Below are positions 1-9,471 of a stretch of DNA of 53,879 nt, piece by piece. The first letter of the stretch is position 1, and each line of letters begins with the position of its first letter. Below the pieces are notes generated by a model. That model saw only the letters and a program-made list of their open reading frames with translations. It searched no databases and was not told the DNA's origin. The DNA is from a virus (lineage: Duplodnaviria; Caudoviricetes): positions 1 through 53,879 of the IMG/VR virus record IMGVR_UViG_3300044260_000021. One strand, 5' to 3'. A program made the translations under genes and the position numbers.

Positions 1-127
1 TCATCAGGGACGCCAGGTAGCCGTAGCTCACCCGCACAGTGGACGGCGCCAGCGTCCGGGACCAGATCATGACGGCGGCCTGCACGTCGGCGCGGGTGAT
101 GTCTTCCAGCGCCCGGCCGGTGAATGA
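1..127. repeat. 127-bp exact terminal overlap with 53753-53879 (circular contig)
   Basis: TCATCAGGGACGCC...GGCCGGTGAATGA occurs at both ends, and joining the ends restores one integrase reading frame. Confidence 0.97.
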
Positions 128-481
128 TGGCAGCACGTCGTTCCGCATGCGCCGGTCGATCGTGTCGCGGGACGAATCCCGCTGGTGAATCTGCTGTTCT
201 TCCCAGCTGGCCGCGTAGTCTTCGAACATGGTTCGGCGGGCGTCCACCGGCCGGTAAACGCCTTTGTGCAGGTCCCCGCGTATTTCGTCCAGCTTCGCCT
301 GGGCGGCAGCCTTGTTAGCGAAGCTGGCCGACCGGCGCCGCCCGCCAGGTTCGGTCCAGCCGACGCGCCAGCGCAGGCCCTGGCCCCAGCGGTCCGTCTT
401 CGCCCGGTCTTTCCCGACGCGGGCGCCCTGCGGGTCGCTCTCTTTGGCCCTGCGGGTCCAGCGGTCTTCTATGGCGGCCAT
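1..481 (-). CDS. int: Tyrosine integrase, N-terminal part (continues across the junction to 53061; ~390 aa in total)
   Basis: Manual translation from ATG 481: MAAIEDRWTRR...GLRWRVGWTEPGGRRRSASF...LEDITRADVQAAV, in frame with ORF 53061-53837; start overlaps the repressor stop (TGATG). Confidence 0.93.
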   Translation of the reverse strand, partial: MAAIEDRWTRRAKESDPQGARVGKDRAKTDRWGQGLRWRVGWTEPGGRRRSASFANKAAAQAKLDEIRGDLHKGVYRPVDARRTMFEDYAASWEEQQIHQRDSSRDTIDRRMRNDVLPSFTGRALEDITRADVQAAVMIWSRTLAPSTVRVSYGYLASLM

Positions 482-1230
482 CAGACCGCGGGCAGTTCGC
501 CGGTCAGCGTGTCGTGGGAGTGCTGGACTTCGGCCTGGGCAGCCATCAGTTCCCCGGCCATGGTCTGCAGCAGTTGACGCGCCGACGGCGGCAGGTTCCC
601 GGCCCCGGCCAGCACCAGCGCGTCGCTGTCCCCGCTGTCCACGTCCAGCCCCAGCGCCACGGCGCAGGCCAGCACCACGTCGGTGACGGACACGCCCAGC
701 CCTTGGGCAAGTCCGCGGATCGTGTTTGCTTTAGGGAAGGCGTCTATCCCGTCGGCTATGATCTGCTGCAGCCGCCGGGGCGTGGGGTCGCCGCCGCAGG
801 CGTCGGATAGGGACGCGATCGTGCGCCCGGCGCGTTTGGATTCGATCAGGGCGCGCAGGCCGCGTTCCCGCGGGCCGGTCTGTCCGGGGCGGGGCGTCAT
901 GACCGCCATGGCCCCGGTGTCGGCGGACCAGGACCACCCGGCCTGTTCGCCGGGCCAGAGTTCGGTCAGTACGTCTTTCACGTCGGCGCGTCCGGCGGCG
1001 GCCAGCTGGTCGCCGGTCACGCCCACGACGCGGGCCATGCGCGCCAGGGTTTCGGCGGGGGCGATAATGGGTATGGACTGGCCCTGCCCGATCGCCTGGT
1101 ATCCGTTGACAATATTTCTCCACCGGGTGTCTGAGATTCCCGCGAGTTCGGCGGCCTTGCGGGCGGACATGCCCCGGCGTTTCTGTGCGTCCTGTAGAAG
1201 TTTACCTTCGGGAGTCTGAATAGTGTTCAT
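481..1230 (-). CDS. Immunity repressor with two XRE-like HTH domains
   Basis: N-terminal MSARKAAELAGISDTRWRNIVNG and second HTH-like TIASLSDACGG...TIRGLAQGLGVS; directly upstream of int and divergent from the early genes. Confidence 0.8.
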   Translation of the reverse strand: MNTIQTPEGKLLQDAQKRRGMSARKAAELAGISDTRWRNIVNGYQAIGQGQSIPIIAPAETLARMARVVGVTGDQLAAAGRADVKDVLTELWPGEQAGWSWSADTGAMAVMTPRPGQTGPRERGLRALIESKRAGRTIASLSDACGGDPTPRRLQQIIADGIDAFPKANTIRGLAQGLGVSVTDVVLACAVALGLDVDSGDSDALVLAGAGNLPPSARQLLQTMAGELMAAQAEVQHSHDTLTGELPAV

Positions 1231-1259
1231 GTAGCTATCCTTTCTGAGAATTTCCTGTA

Positions 1260-1465
1260 TGTCTATGTTCGCACAATGTCGCGTGAGATTGAGCGCGGCC
1301 CGTTGCGGTTAGTCCAATCGTTGGGGTAGAAGTTCGCGCCGTCAAGAGTAGTTCGCGAACTACAAGCGTGTAGTTCAAAAGTCGCATTTTTTCCGCAACA
1401 TTACGCAAGGTTCCTAAATAGTCATGCGAACGTTCTTGAAGTTCGCACACGTGCGGGCCTATAGT
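1260..1465. promoter_or_regulatory. Immunity control region with operators and rightward early promoter
   Basis: Perfect palindrome GTAGTTCGCGAACTAC at 1348-1363; TGCGAAC-N9-GTTCGCA at ~1425-1447; TTGAAG (1436)-18 bp-TATAGT (1460). Confidence 0.75.
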
Positions 1466-1552
1466 GAGAGCGCCGTTACAGACAGGCAACCGGTGACAGC
1501 CCGGGGGGCGACGAATCGGCACTGCCACGAATAGGGAAATGAGAATACTGGA

Positions 1553-1783
1553 ATGACTACTGGGGACAACGCCGACGGTCTCGGGCGTGAATCTGCTACA
1601 ACCATTGCCACGGACGTGCTGCTGATGCACGCCTATCACAACTGCGAAGACGGCCAGAATACGGCCGCCTGCGGCCACCGCTTCGGCAGTGACGCCATCC
1701 CGGACCCCGCAAAAGCCACGATCGAAACGTGCGGGGTCTGCCTGGAATTCGTGAACCTGCCTTGCGCCCGGTGCACGGCATGA
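1553..1783 (+). CDS. Small Cys/His zinc-finger-like protein
   Basis: H...ACGH...CGVC...CARC motifs; first gene after the early promoter. Confidence 0.6.
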   Translation: MTTGDNADGLGRESATTIATDVLLMHAYHNCEDGQNTAACGHRFGSDAIPDPAKATIETCGVCLEFVNLPCARCTA

Positions 1784-1977
1784 GCCGCGAACCTGACCTG
1801 ACGGTCCAGCAGGCGGCCGACGAACTGCAGGTCTGCCCCAAGACGGTCCGCACACTGTGCGCCCGCGGCACGATCCGGTCCTACCGGGCCGGGACGGGGG
1901 GCCGCACGTCGCCCATTCGTATCCGCCGCCGCGACCTGGACAGGTACAAAGACGCGCAGCCCACCCCTAATCAGTAA
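1780..1977 (+). CDS. Excisionase-like (HTH_17) DNA-binding protein
   Basis: LTVQQAADELQVCPKTVRTLCARGTI...IRIRRRDLDRY; ATGA overlap. Confidence 0.85.
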   Translation: MSREPDLTVQQAADELQVCPKTVRTLCARGTIRSYRAGTGGRTSPIRIRRRDLDRYKDAQPTPNQ

Positions 1978-2037
1978 TCCGGCGGCCCGGCCAGGGACAG
2001 CTGGCAAGGGCCGCGCCCCAACAAAGGAGAAACCGCC

Positions 2038-2277
2038 ATGTTCCGTTCTATTTTTTTCCGCACGAAGGTAGCGAAACTGCCCACCGTCGCGAAGTCCACC
2101 GACACTGACCGCGAACTGCGCCGCCTGCACGTCAGCGGGGCGCTGCGGGACATGCACCGGCAACTGGTCATGACATCGGCGCAGCTGGCCCTGTACGGGT
2201 CCGGCCCGGCGCGGTCGGACGCCGAACGCATGGACCGGGCACGGGCCGCCGTTGCGATCCTGCAGCGGGCCGTCTGA
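2038..2277 (+). CDS. Hypothetical protein
   Basis: AAGGAG RBS, ORF track, coupled to the next gene. Confidence 0.7.
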   Translation: MFRSIFFRTKVAKLPTVAKSTDTDRELRRLHVSGALRDMHRQLVMTSAQLALYGSGPARSDAERMDRARAAVAILQRAV

Positions 2278-2510
2278 TGGCCGCCGACCAGCGCCAGCTG
2301 CGCGCCGACAAGACCCGGCGAATGCTGGACGACCTCGCGGTGGCCCGCGTGACCGTCGAACGCGCCGTGGCGGCCCGTGACGCCCTTATCCGGCAGGCCG
2401 TGGCCGCCAGGATTCCGCGCATGGACATCATGGCGGCCACCGGGCTGTCGCGGACCCGTATTTACCAGATCGCCACTGCGGCCGACACGCTGCAAAGTTC
2501 GCATAACTAG
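2277..2510 (+). CDS. HTH DNA-binding protein
   Basis: RDALIRQAVAARIPRMDIMAATGLSRTRIYQI. Confidence 0.75.
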   Translation: MAADQRQLRADKTRRMLDDLAVARVTVERAVAARDALIRQAVAARIPRMDIMAATGLSRTRIYQIATAADTLQSSHN

Positions 2511-2513
2511 ACC

Positions 2514-2543
2514 TTGCGCGAACTTCGCGTTGTGCACTACGCT
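2514..2543 (+). promoter_or_regulatory. Promoter overlapped by a GCGAACTTCGC operator-like site
   Basis: TTGCGC-18 bp-TACGCT. Confidence 0.6.
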
Positions 2544-2600
2544 GAACATGTAACGCAAACAAGGGGCGGGCAGCCCCGGACATGACTAGGAGAATCAGAA

Positions 2601-2972
2601 ATGCGTTTTTACCGGCTCACACAATCCGAAGCAGAAACCGCCGTCCGCGCGCTGGCGTCGAACTTCTACGACGAAACCCCGCTGGGCCTCTACAGCGCCG
2701 CGGACTTCCAAGACCTGGCCGAACAGCTGTCCTGGATTGTGCACGGCACCGTCAGCGTCCACGACATCGACGTTCTTTACTCCGCATTTGACGAACTCGC
2801 CAAGATCGACCGGGGAACCCACCACCGCCTGCGCCGCAACGGCGCGTTCACGCTGGACAACACCCCGGACCTGCTGGACATCGTGGACCGCCAGCTGCGC
2901 GAAGGAATTTACTTTCTGCTGCAGGGCGCCGGTTTCACCCCCCGCCATAACGCGCAGGCGGTGGCAGCGTGA
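2601..2972 (+). CDS. Hypothetical protein
   Basis: AGGAG RBS, high-GC3 codons. Confidence 0.75.
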   Translation: MRFYRLTQSEAETAVRALASNFYDETPLGLYSAADFQDLAEQLSWIVHGTVSVHDIDVLYSAFDELAKIDRGTHHRLRRNGAFTLDNTPDLLDIVDRQLREGIYFLLQGAGFTPRHNAQAVAA

Positions 2973-3109
2973 ACGCCTTTCTTCTCATGGTCGCCACGAT
3001 CGGCGCCGCCGTGTGGCTGGCCTGGGCTGTCCGGGCCGACCGGGCCGACGCCGACATGGAACGGGCCGCCGTGGCGGACGCCGCCGACGACGAATGGCTG
3101 GGGCTGTGA
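2969..3109 (+). CDS. Small membrane protein
   Basis: Manual translation MNAFLLMVATIGAAVWLAWAVR...; GTGA overlaps at both ends. Confidence 0.6.
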   Translation: MNAFLLMVATIGAAVWLAWAVRADRADADMERAAVADAADDEWLGL

Positions 3110-3384
3110 TCGGGCTGGACCGGGCGCAGGCCGCCTATGACGCCATGGAACCCCCGACGGAACCGGACTGCTACTGCGATCGGTGGCAGTGCGAAGCCTG
3201 CGAAACGCAGTACAGCGAACCGGGAACCTGCACGGACCCGGACTGCCTGGCCGAACGCGACAGCCCGGCCACCTTGGCGGAACTGACCGACGATTACCTG
3301 CTGGAAGGCTTCGCCCTCGCGAAGTCCGACTGCCCCGCCCACACCCACAAGTGCCGCACGCGCGACTGCTGCGGCGACTACTAA
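3106..3384 (+). CDS. Cys-rich hypothetical protein
   Basis: C-terminal part of ORF 2737-3384 from GTG 3106 (LDRAQAAYDAMEPP...CYC..CEAC..CCGDY). Confidence 0.65.
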   Translation: MIGLDRAQAAYDAMEPPTEPDCYCDRWQCEACETQYSEPGTCTDPDCLAERDSPATLAELTDDYLLEGFALAKSDCPAHTHKCRTRDCCGDY

Positions 3385-3399
3385 CCGGAGAAAAGAGCC

Positions 3400-4395
3400 A
3401 TGACCACAACCGAAGCGGAACGCGTAATTTCCACGCCCGCCACTACTGAACCCGCCGTCGTCGGCGGCCTGATCCTGCCCGACGCCCGCCACGTCCTGCC
3501 CCCCGGGGCGGCCCGGCCCGAATGGCTGGAACACCGCACCCGCGGCCTGGGCGGGTCCGACATTTCCGCCGTGCTGGGCATGAACAGTTTCAAGGGCGCC
3601 TACGAAGTCTGGTTGGAAAAGACCGGAAAGGCCGTGGAGAAAAAGCCCACCCGCCGGATGCAAATGGGCAACCTGCTGGAACCCGTGGTGCGGCAGTTCT
3701 ACCAGGAGGATTCCGGCCACGCCGTGCACGCCTGCGGGCTGCTGGCAAGCCGCGAACACGACTGGATGCGCTACACCCCGGACGGCATCATTCCCGCCCT
3801 GCCGGGCCTGTTCGAAGCGAAGACCACGAACTGGCGCATGAAAGCCGACTGGGAAGACGACCAGGTGGCCGACCACGCCGAACTGCAGGTCCAGTGGGGC
3901 ATGGCCGTTACCGGGCTGGGCCTGGCCGACGTGTCCGTGCTGATCGACGGCGACCCGGACCAGTTCAAATTCCAGACCGTCAAGCGCGACCAGGAACTGA
4001 TCGACTACATGGTGGACGCCGGGGCCAGGTTCTGGCACGACCACGTGCTGGCCGACGTGGCGCCGCCCATGTCCGCCACGGCCCTGCCGATCCTGAAAGC
4101 CCGTTACCCGCGGGTGGAACTCGCGACCGTGGCCGCCGACGACAAGGCCGACACCGTGGAAGCCCTGATTGCCGAATGGAAGGCGCAGGGCGCCGCAGAG
4201 TCCGCCGCGAAGAAAGCCAAAGAGGCCGCGCAGGCGCAGCTGATCGAACACGTGGGCGCGGCCGAAGCCCTCACGATCGGCGGCACGCCACGCCTGACCC
4301 TCAAAGAAACCGAACGCCAGGGCTACACCGTGGCGTCCACCACCTACCGCACCCTGCGGCTGGTGGCAGCACCGAAGACGAAAGCAGGCAAGTAA
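3400..4395 (+). CDS. YqaJ/lambda-exonuclease-like recombination nuclease
   Basis: WLEHRTRGLGGSD...TPDG...FEAKT...QVQWGM motifs; upstream of RecT. Confidence 0.93.
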   Translation: MTTTEAERVISTPATTEPAVVGGLILPDARHVLPPGAARPEWLEHRTRGLGGSDISAVLGMNSFKGAYEVWLEKTGKAVEKKPTRRMQMGNLLEPVVRQFYQEDSGHAVHACGLLASREHDWMRYTPDGIIPALPGLFEAKTTNWRMKADWEDDQVADHAELQVQWGMAVTGLGLADVSVLIDGDPDQFKFQTVKRDQELIDYMVDAGARFWHDHVLADVAPPMSATALPILKARYPRVELATVAADDKADTVEALIAEWKAQGAAESAAKKAKEAAQAQLIEHVGAAEALTIGGTPRLTLKETERQGYTVASTTYRTLRLVAAPKTKAGK

Positions 4396-5294
4396 TGGGA
4401 ACCGACCTTCGAAACCGCGTCCAGCAGCAGGGCGCAGCCGTGGCCCCCGCCGGGCAGGGCAAGTCCATGGAACAGGCGCTGCGCGACATGGAACCGCAGT
4501 TCCAAATGGCTATGCCCCGGGGCGCCGAAGCCGCGCAGCTGGTCCGCGACGCGCTGACCGTCGTGCGGCAGAACCCGAAGCTGGCAGAGTGCGAACCGGC
4601 GTCCTTTATCGGGTCGCTTATGACCTGCGCCCAGCTGGGGCTGCGCCCGGGTGTCGGCGCGCTCGGGCACGCCTACATTCTGCCGTTCTGGTCGAACCGG
4701 AACCGGCGCATGGAAGCCCAGTTCATCCTGGGCTACCAGGGCATGATCGAACTCGCGAACCGTTCCGGCAAGCTGCAGAGCATTAGCGCCCGCCCGGTCC
4801 ACGCGAACGACATTTTCGAAGTGGAATACGGGCTGCAGGACAAGCTGGTGCACCGGCCGGTCCTGGACGGGGACCGCGGCGCGATCCGCGGCTACTACGC
4901 CGTTTTCAAGCTGACGAACGGCGGCCATAACTTCATCTACGCCACGAAGGCCGAAATCGAACAGCACCGGGACAAGTTCGCCACCGCGAAGAAAAAGGAC
5001 GGTACGATCTTCGGCCCGTGGGTGGACCACTTCGACGGCATGGCCCTGAAAACGGTTATCCGCGAACTGTTCAAGTACATGCCGCGGTCCACGCAGATCG
5101 ACAGCGCCATGATCGCGGACGAAACCCTGCGGATCGACGCGAACCCGACGGCCGACCTCGCGCAAGTGTCCGAACCCGTGGACACGCTGGACGGCGAAAC
5201 CGTGGACGAAGCCCCGCCGGGCGTGGACGGCGACGGCGTGCTGCCCGAACCGGGCCTGGATGATGGCGGGTGGCCCGCCGACCCGGGCCAGTGA
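4395..5294 (+). CDS. recT: RecT family ssDNA annealing protein
   Basis: SLMTCAQLGLRP...GHAYILPF...QFILGYQGMIELANRSG...PWVDHFDGMALKTVIR. Confidence 0.95.
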   Translation: MGTDLRNRVQQQGAAVAPAGQGKSMEQALRDMEPQFQMAMPRGAEAAQLVRDALTVVRQNPKLAECEPASFIGSLMTCAQLGLRPGVGALGHAYILPFWSNRNRRMEAQFILGYQGMIELANRSGKLQSISARPVHANDIFEVEYGLQDKLVHRPVLDGDRGAIRGYYAVFKLTNGGHNFIYATKAEIEQHRDKFATAKKKDGTIFGPWVDHFDGMALKTVIRELFKYMPRSTQIDSAMIADETLRIDANPTADLAQVSEPVDTLDGETVDEAPPGVDGDGVLPEPGLDDGGWPADPGQ

Positions 5295-5509
5295 AACGCG
5301 GCCCCTCGCGGAACCTGCGGTGCGGCGGCGGGAAGGCGGTTTATGACGACTTCCCGACCGCCCGCCGTGTGGCGGACTACGCGAACGCAAAGGACCGGCG
5401 CACGGGCCGCACCACCCGCAAGGTGACGGCCTACCACTGCCAAGAGCATAAGGGCTGGCACATCACCAGCCATTCCCCCAAGAAACAACAGAACCAGGAC
5501 GCAGCATAA
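5291..5509 (+). CDS. Hypothetical protein (C...AYxCxxHxGWHITS Zn-binding type)
   Basis: GTGA overlap with recT; motif seen in translation. Confidence 0.65.
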   Translation: MKRGPSRNLRCGGGKAVYDDFPTARRVADYANAKDRRTGRTTRKVTAYHCQEHKGWHITSHSPKKQQNQDAA

Positions 5510-6024
5510 TGACGAACAGCATCACCATCACCGGCAACCTGACCGCCGACCCCGAACTGCGCCACACCCCGTCCGGGCAGGCCGTCGCGAATTTCACGAT
5601 CGCGGACACGCCCCGGACGTTCAACCGGCAGACGAACGAATGGGTGGACGGCGAAACCGTGTTCCTGCCCTGCGCCGTGTGGCGTGAGTACGCCGAAAAC
5701 GTCGTGGCGTCGCTGACGAAGGGCGCCCGCGTGACCGCCGCGGGCAAGCTGAAATCCCGTTCGTTCGAAACCAAAGAGGGCGAAAAGCGTACCGTCCTGG
5801 AACTGGACGTGGAAGAAATCGGCCCGGCCCTGAAACACGCCACGGCGGTCGTGAAGCGGACGCCGCGCGAAGGCCAGGGCGGCAGCGGCCCGTCCCAGAA
5901 TGCAGGCGGCCAGGGCGGCAGCTGGGGCGGCAGCGGATCGTCCGCGCAGTCCGGCGGCGGCTGGGGCGACCAGGGCGGCGCCAGCAGCGCGGGCGGCGGC
6001 TGGGGCAACGGCAGCGGCTACTAA
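5509..6024 (+). CDS. ssb: Single-stranded DNA-binding protein
   Basis: [28 protein letters not shown]; Gly-rich tail. Confidence 0.97.
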   Translation: MTNSITITGNLTADPELRHTPSGQAVANFTIADTPRTFNRQTNEWVDGETVFLPCAVWREYAENVVASLTKGARVTAAGKLKSRSFETKEGEKRTVLELDVEEIGPALKHATAVVKRTPREGQGGSGPSQNAGGQGGSWGGSGSSAQSGGGWGDQGGASSAGGGWGNGSGY

Positions 6025-6059
6025 CTCACCATCACCCACCCACCCGAAAGGAAAGCACC

Positions 6060-6206
6060 ATGTCTGTCCCGATCCCCCCGAACACCCACCGCAACGCCGA
6101 CACCTGGCCCAAGCACCGGGCGAAGGCGAAGCGCCGCCACCTGGCCCGTAAGGACGTGGCGCGGGCCGCGCAGGAAAAGCGCGACGCCGAACAGCGTGGC
6201 CTGTAA
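6060..6206 (+). CDS. Small basic hypothetical protein (48 aa)
   Basis: GAAAGGA RBS; manual translation MSVPIPPNTHRNADTWPKHRAKAKRR...; TAATG coupling. Confidence 0.55.
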   Translation: MSVPIPPNTHRNADTWPKHRAKAKRRHLARKDVARAAQEKRDAEQRGL

Positions 6207-6475
6207 TGTACGTCGCCCGCCCGCTGTCGGCCTGTTTCGTGGCCGTCGCTGCCGCGCAGGTCGCGGACCCGCGGACGAAGACGTGCCGGTGCGTCCGCTG
6301 CGGCATCGACTTTGAACGCAGCGTCCGCGCCGACCGGCCCCTGAAAGTCATGTGCAACGACTGCAAGGCAGTAGCCCCCCGATTCCTGAAAGGACACGAC
6401 CATGGCCCAAGTGCCGCAAATCGCATTGACCCCGCCCACGACGAAGCCGCCTGTTCGACGGCGGACGACCGTTGA
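6206..6475 (+). CDS. Hypothetical CxxC zinc-ribbon protein
   Basis: CVRC...CNDC; coupled start. Confidence 0.5.
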   Translation: MYVARPLSACFVAVAAAQVADPRTKTCRCVRCGIDFERSVRADRPLKVMCNDCKAVAPRFLKGHDHGPSAANRIDPAHDEAACSTADDR

Positions 6476-6536
6476 CCTGTGCCCCGGCTGCGGGCAGCCG
6501 CAGGTCGATAACGTGGACTGCAGGTGCGCGGCATGA
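6402..6536 (+). CDS. Small CxxC protein (44 aa)
   Basis: GAAAGGA RBS; MAQVPQ...LCPGCGQPQVDNVDCRCAA. Confidence 0.5.
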   Translation: MAQVPQIALTPPTTKPPVRRRTTVDLCPGCGQPQVDNVDCRCAA

Positions 6537-6700
6537 GCGCCGACGCACGCGTGGACCGGCACGTGGAACCGCACGTGTTCGAGTCCAAGACGCGGCCCGG
6601 GTCCTGGTTCTGGCTGTCCGCCAGCGGGGCGTCCGGCTGGGCGCCTGACCAGGCCGCCGCCGAACTCGCCGCGGGCGTCGGAAGCACAACTGAATCATGA
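6533..6700 (+). CDS. Hypothetical protein (55 aa)
   Basis: ATGA overlap; MSADARVDRHVEPHVFESKTRPGSWFW... Confidence 0.55.
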   Translation: MSADARVDRHVEPHVFESKTRPGSWFWLSASGASGWAPDQAAAELAAGVGSTTES

Positions 6701-6908
6701 CCACAACACCAGCGCCACGCGTGCAGTTCGCACCGTGGCGCTGGTGTTTTCTCGCGACACGGCCGCGCGGAAACGAAGTTGCAAGCGTGTAGTTCGCGTC
6801 ATTTAGGTGGTAATCTAAGAACTGCCGTAGATCATTACGCAAACAAAAGTGGCCCGGCGCGCGAACGCCGGACCACCGAAAAACCCCAGACGAAGGGATG
6901 CCCCCATT

Positions 6909-7226
6909 ATGTCACACGAGACAACGCCGACTTTGAAGCACATGCGCCCCAGCCCGGACTACGTGGACCCCCACCCCACCCTGCCGGAAACGGACGACGA
7001 CACCGTGCACCAGGAACCCGGCAGCGTCTGGTTCGCCATGCTGGCATGCAACCGTGTGGCGCTTGCCGAAGACCTGCTGGAACAGGCCCGCGCCCACCGC
7101 GCCGGGGCTGCCCGCGAACTGCACGTCCGGCGCCAGTGGCCGCTGCGCAAGGTGGCCGACCTGCTGAACGTCACCGAAGGCGCCGTGCGGTTCATGATCG
7201 CCAAGTACGAAGACGGGGGCCGCTAA
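6909..7226 (+). CDS. HTH DNA-binding protein
   Basis: WPLRKVADLLNVTEGAVRFMI; ATG 6909 after AAGGGA. Confidence 0.75.
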   Translation: MSHETTPTLKHMRPSPDYVDPHPTLPETDDDTVHQEPGSVWFAMLACNRVALAEDLLEQARAHRAGAARELHVRRQWPLRKVADLLNVTEGAVRFMIAKYEDGGR

Positions 7227-8182
7227 TGGCACGTGACCGCGCCAATATCCGGGTGGACATGTGGGCGGACGAAGACTGGCGCAAGCTGTCCATGGGCGCC
7301 CAGCACCTTTACCAGCTGATCCTGACCCACGCCAGCCTGTCCTATGCGGGCGTGGGAGACTGGCGGCCCGCGCGCCTGGCCGCACTCACCAGGGACCGCA
7401 CAGCCGCCGACGTGCGCCGCGACGGGGCCGAACTGCAGGCCGCCGCGTTCGTGTACGTGGACGAAGAAACCGAAGAAATCGTGGTGCGGTCTTTCATCCG
7501 GCACGACGGCCTTTTGAAGCACCCCCGGTTGCCCGTGTCCATGGCGAACGACTACGCGGCCATTGCGTCCGAAACAATCCGCGCAGGCGTCGCGTATGAG
7601 GTCCAAAAGCTCGCCGTCGAACAGCCCGAACTGGGCGCCTGGTCGAAGCGCCAAGTGCAGACGATCCTGAAAGCGAAGGCCCGCAGCCTGAAAGAACTTT
7701 GCGGAAGCTATACGAACGCTATGGCAAAGGCTATGCCAAAGGATTCCAATGTGATTCCTATGCACACAGAGCCAAAGGGTATGCCAAACGCTATGCCAAG
7801 CGATCCGCAAAGCACGGACATGCACACAGCTACTGCTACTACTACAACTACTAAAAGCACTCCCCGCCGCGCCTACCCCGAACCGATCCCGGACGGCTGG
7901 GAACCGCACATGGCTGACGTTCAGTGGGCCATCCGGGAGGGTGGAAGCACATTTCCCGTCAAGCGCCACAGTGACGACTTTTGCGACTGGTACCGCGGCA
8001 AGGGCGACAAGAAAGCCGACTGGAACGCCGTGTGGCGTGTCTGGATGCGCGACAAGATCGACCGGCACCGCGCCGACCAGGCCAAACTGCCCGGCGGCGT
8101 CGGCATGACGAAAGCCGAACTGGAAGCCGCACTGTCCGCCCCGCTGACGTTCAAGGGCAAGAAAGTAGACGAACCCGCATGA
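7226..8182 (+). CDS. Phage replication initiator (RepA/lambda O-like)
   Basis: MARDRANIRVDMWADEDWRKLS...VVRSFIRHDGLLKHP; C-terminal F.DWY..K...KADW...W domain; internal repeats; directly upstream of DnaB. Confidence 0.82.
   Translation: MARDRANIRVDMWADEDWRKLSMGAQHLYQLILTHASLSYAGVGDWRPARLAALTRDRTAADVRRDGAELQAAAFVYVDEETEEIVVRSFIRHDGLLKHPRLPVSMANDYAAIASETIRAGVAYEVQKLAVEQPELGAWSKRQVQTILKAKARSLKELCGSYTNAMAKAMPKDSNVIPMHTEPKGMPNAMPSDPQSTDMHTATATTTTTKSTPRRAYPEPIPDGWEPHMADVQWAIREGGSTFPVKRHSDDFCDWYRGKGDKKADWNAVWRVWMRDKIDRHRADQAKLPGGVGMTKAELEAALSAPLTFKGKKVDEPA
7707..7856. repeat. Iteron-like repeats and A-rich tract (probable replication origin)
   Basis: GCTATGGCAAA 7718, GCTATGCCAAA 7730, GGTATGCCAAA 7778, GCTATGCCAAG 7790; CTACTGCTACTACTACAACTACTAAAA ~7830-7856. 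Confidence 0.7.
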
Positions 8183-9471
8183 GCGACGAAACACCCGACC
8201 AGCCGGACAGCGTGCCCCCGCAGGACGTGTCCGCCGAACGCGCCACGCTCGGGGCCATGCTGCTGTCCCGCGACGCGATCGGGGACATTGCAGACATTCT
8301 GACCGGCCAGGACTTTTACCAGCCCCGGCACGAACTGATCTTCAACACCATCCTGAAACTGCACGCCACCGGCCACGCCGTGGACGCCCTGACCGTGGGT
8401 GACGCGATCACCCGGGCCGGGGACCTGCAGCTGCTGGGAGGGAACCCCGCCTACCTGCACGAACTGCCCATGGAATGCCCGTCACCGTCCGCCGGGGACT
8501 ATTACGCGGGCATCGTGGTGCGGGCCGCAGTCCGGCGCCGCCTGATCCTCGCGGGCGGGTCGATTCAGGACATGGCCCGCAAGGGCGGCGACGAAGACGA
8601 AATGGTGGAAGCCGCCCGGAAAGCCGTGGACGACACCAGCCGCGCCGTGGCCGACAAAGTGGCGTCGTTCGGTGAAACGATCGACGCCATGCTGGACACC
8701 CTGGACGAAGCACCGAACCACGTACCCACCCCCTGGCGGGACCTGAACGCCATCATCGGCGGCCTGCGGCCCGGCGGACTCTACATTGTGGCTGCCCGCC
8801 CGTCCGTGGGTAAGTCCGTGGCCGCGCTGCAGCTTGCCAAAGGGCTGACCGCGCACGGGTCCGTCGCGTTCGTCTCCCTCGAAATGTCGAACGCCGACGT
8901 GCAAATGCGCGCCGTGTCCGCCGATCTGCGGATTGACCTGAAACGCATCACCGAACGCCAGCTGCTGGACGACGACTGGAAGAAAATTCGCGACCGCCGC
9001 GCCGCCTGGCAACACGTCCCCCTGTTCGTGGACGACAACACCGGGGCGTCCATCACCGACGTAAAACGGTTCGCCCGGTCCGTGAACCGCCGCCAGCCCC
9101 TCGCGGGCATCGTCGTGGACTACCTGCAACTCATGTCCGCCAGCGCCGGGGACAAACGCAGCCGCCAGGAATTCGTGGCCGACATGTCCCGGCAGTTGAA
9201 GCAGCTTGCCATGGAAATGAACGTGCCCGTGATCGCACTGTCCCAGCTGAACCGCGGCGCCGCGCAGGCCGACCGCATGCCCACCATTTCCGACCTCCGC
9301 GAATCCGGCGCGATCGAACAGGACGCAGACGTGGTGATCCTGCTGCACCGCGACATCATGGGAGACAACCGCGGCGACTTGACCATGATTGTCGGCAAGA
9401 ACCGCAACGGCACGACCGGCATGGCCGACATGCAGTTCTGGGGCCACTACTGCAGCATTTTTGACCAGTAA
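8179..9471 (+). CDS. dnaB: DnaB-like replicative helicase
   Basis: PPQDVSAERATLGAMLL; Walker A AARPSVGKS; VVDYLQLM; LSQLNR; SDLRESGAIEQDAD; KNRNG. Confidence 0.97.
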   Translation: MSDETPDQPDSVPPQDVSAERATLGAMLLSRDAIGDIADILTGQDFYQPRHELIFNTILKLHATGHAVDALTVGDAITRAGDLQLLGGNPAYLHELPMECPSPSAGDYYAGIVVRAAVRRRLILAGGSIQDMARKGGDEDEMVEAARKAVDDTSRAVADKVASFGETIDAMLDTLDEAPNHVPTPWRDLNAIIGGLRPGGLYIVAARPSVGKSVAALQLAKGLTAHGSVAFVSLEMSNADVQMRAVSADLRIDLKRITERQLLDDDWKKIRDRRAAWQHVPLFVDDNTGASITDVKRFARSVNRRQPLAGIVVDYLQLMSASAGDKRSRQEFVADMSRQLKQLAMEMNVPVIALSQLNRGAAQADRMPTISDLRESGAIEQDADVVILLHRDIMGDNRGDLTMIVGKNRNGTTGMADMQFWGHYCSIFDQ

